A stretch of 32,000 nt of DNA from an uncultured Clostridia bacterium. Its GTDB lineage: Bacteria; Bacillota; Clostridia; Christensenellales; UBA1242. Every line of letters starts with the position of its first letter. Position 1 is the stretch's first letter. Both the position numbers and the translations under genes were made by a program. Shown here in pieces: positions 31,607 through 32,000 of this stretch. The DNA is taken from NCBI GenBank assembly GCA_944349765.1, contig CALVNN010000007.1:246-32245 (forward strand), written 5' to 3'. The notes under the pieces are model-generated. The model had not been told where the DNA came from, searched no databases, and worked only from the letters and a program-made list of their open reading frames with translations.

Positions 31607-31635
31607 TTGCAAAATATATAGAATTTTGGTATAGT
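31607..31635 (+). promoter_or_regulatory. promoter of rpmB
   Basis: TTGCAA (31607-31612), 17 nt, TGgTATAGT. AAGGAG SD. Confidence 0.55.
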
Positions 31636-31677
31636 ATTGAGGTATCAAAAAGTTAAAAGAGTATAAAGGAGATATAT

Positions 31678-31866
31678 ATGAGTAGAGTTTGTTCCGTTTG
31701 TGGAAAGGGCAAGATGGCTGGTCATCAAGTTAGTCATAGTAATATCAAGACCAACAAGACTTATAATGCCAATGTCCAAAAAGTAGCCATTGCTGATGAA
31801 AATGGCAAAGTAGAAAGAAAATATGTTTGTACAAAATGTATGAAGACAGCTAAAAAAGCTAACTAA
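31678..31866 (+). CDS. rpmB: 50S ribosomal protein L28
   Basis: 62 aa. MSRVCSVCGKG...GHQVSHSN motif typical of L28. Confidence 0.93.
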   Translation: MSRVCSVCGKGKMAGHQVSHSNIKTNKTYNANVQKVAIADENGKVERKYVCTKCMKTAKKAN

Positions 31867-31867
31867 T

Positions 31868-31898
31868 AAAGACGACCTTGTTTGGGTCGTCTTTTTTT
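31868..31898. terminator. intrinsic terminator after rpmB (probably shared with the convergent partial gene)
   Basis: AAAGACGACC / GGTCGTCTTT stem followed by TTTTT. Confidence 0.85.
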
Positions 31899-31900
31899 AA

Positions 31901-32000
31901 CTATGCACAGCTATAAATAACCATATTATCCGACTTTCTAATTAATTGTTTGCTATCACTACTACTTTTATAAGTAGCGTTCCCGTTATCTACAACAATA
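31901..32000 (-). CDS. 3' end of a minus-strand ORF running off the window (unknown product)
   Basis: Open frame ...IVVDNGNATYKSSSDSKQLIRKSDNMVIYSCA followed by stop TAG (31901-31903). It is too short to classify. Confidence 0.3.
   Translation of the reverse strand, partial: IVVDNGNATYKSSSDSKQLIRKSDNMVIYSCA

Overview
Low-GC Bacillota-type chromosomal window, read with genetic code 11 (TGA is used as a stop). Most of it is housekeeping genes in classic Firmicute synteny blocks. In order: argS and proB (+); two unknown paralogs and rnj (-); a membrane protein (-) divergent from a membrane-anchored coiled-coil protein (+); a small orphan ORF (-); a roughly 1.2 kb decayed integrative element inserted in the 3' end of tRNA-Tyr; a six-gene tRNA operon (Pro, Met, Asp, Phe, Thr, Tyr; -); mutS-mutL-miaA (-); a class A PBP (+); a MetRS-like gene (-); plsX-rnc-smc-ftsY (-, translationally coupled); rpmF (-); a ylbK-like patatin gene (-) divergent from a ylbJ-like gene (+); asp23/yloU plus fakA/yloV (-) divergent from rpmB (+). 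Nearly every transcription unit has a readable -35/17 nt/-10 promoter and a hairpin plus T-tract terminator. I found no CRISPR array, rRNA, riboswitch or recognisable defence or toxin system. The items most worth a second look are: (1) a MetRS-like class I synthetase homolog whose HIGH, KMSKS and anticodon-Trp signatures are all degenerate and which carries a ~68 aa insertion; (2) a tandem pair of diverged paralogs of unknown family next to rnj, each with its own strong expression signals; (3) the tRNA-Tyr-integrated element remnant, with a 19-bp direct repeat, a truncated integrase, a displaced terminator and repeated TGACCA sites. All calls come from reading the sequence and from remembered family motifs. 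No database search was run.
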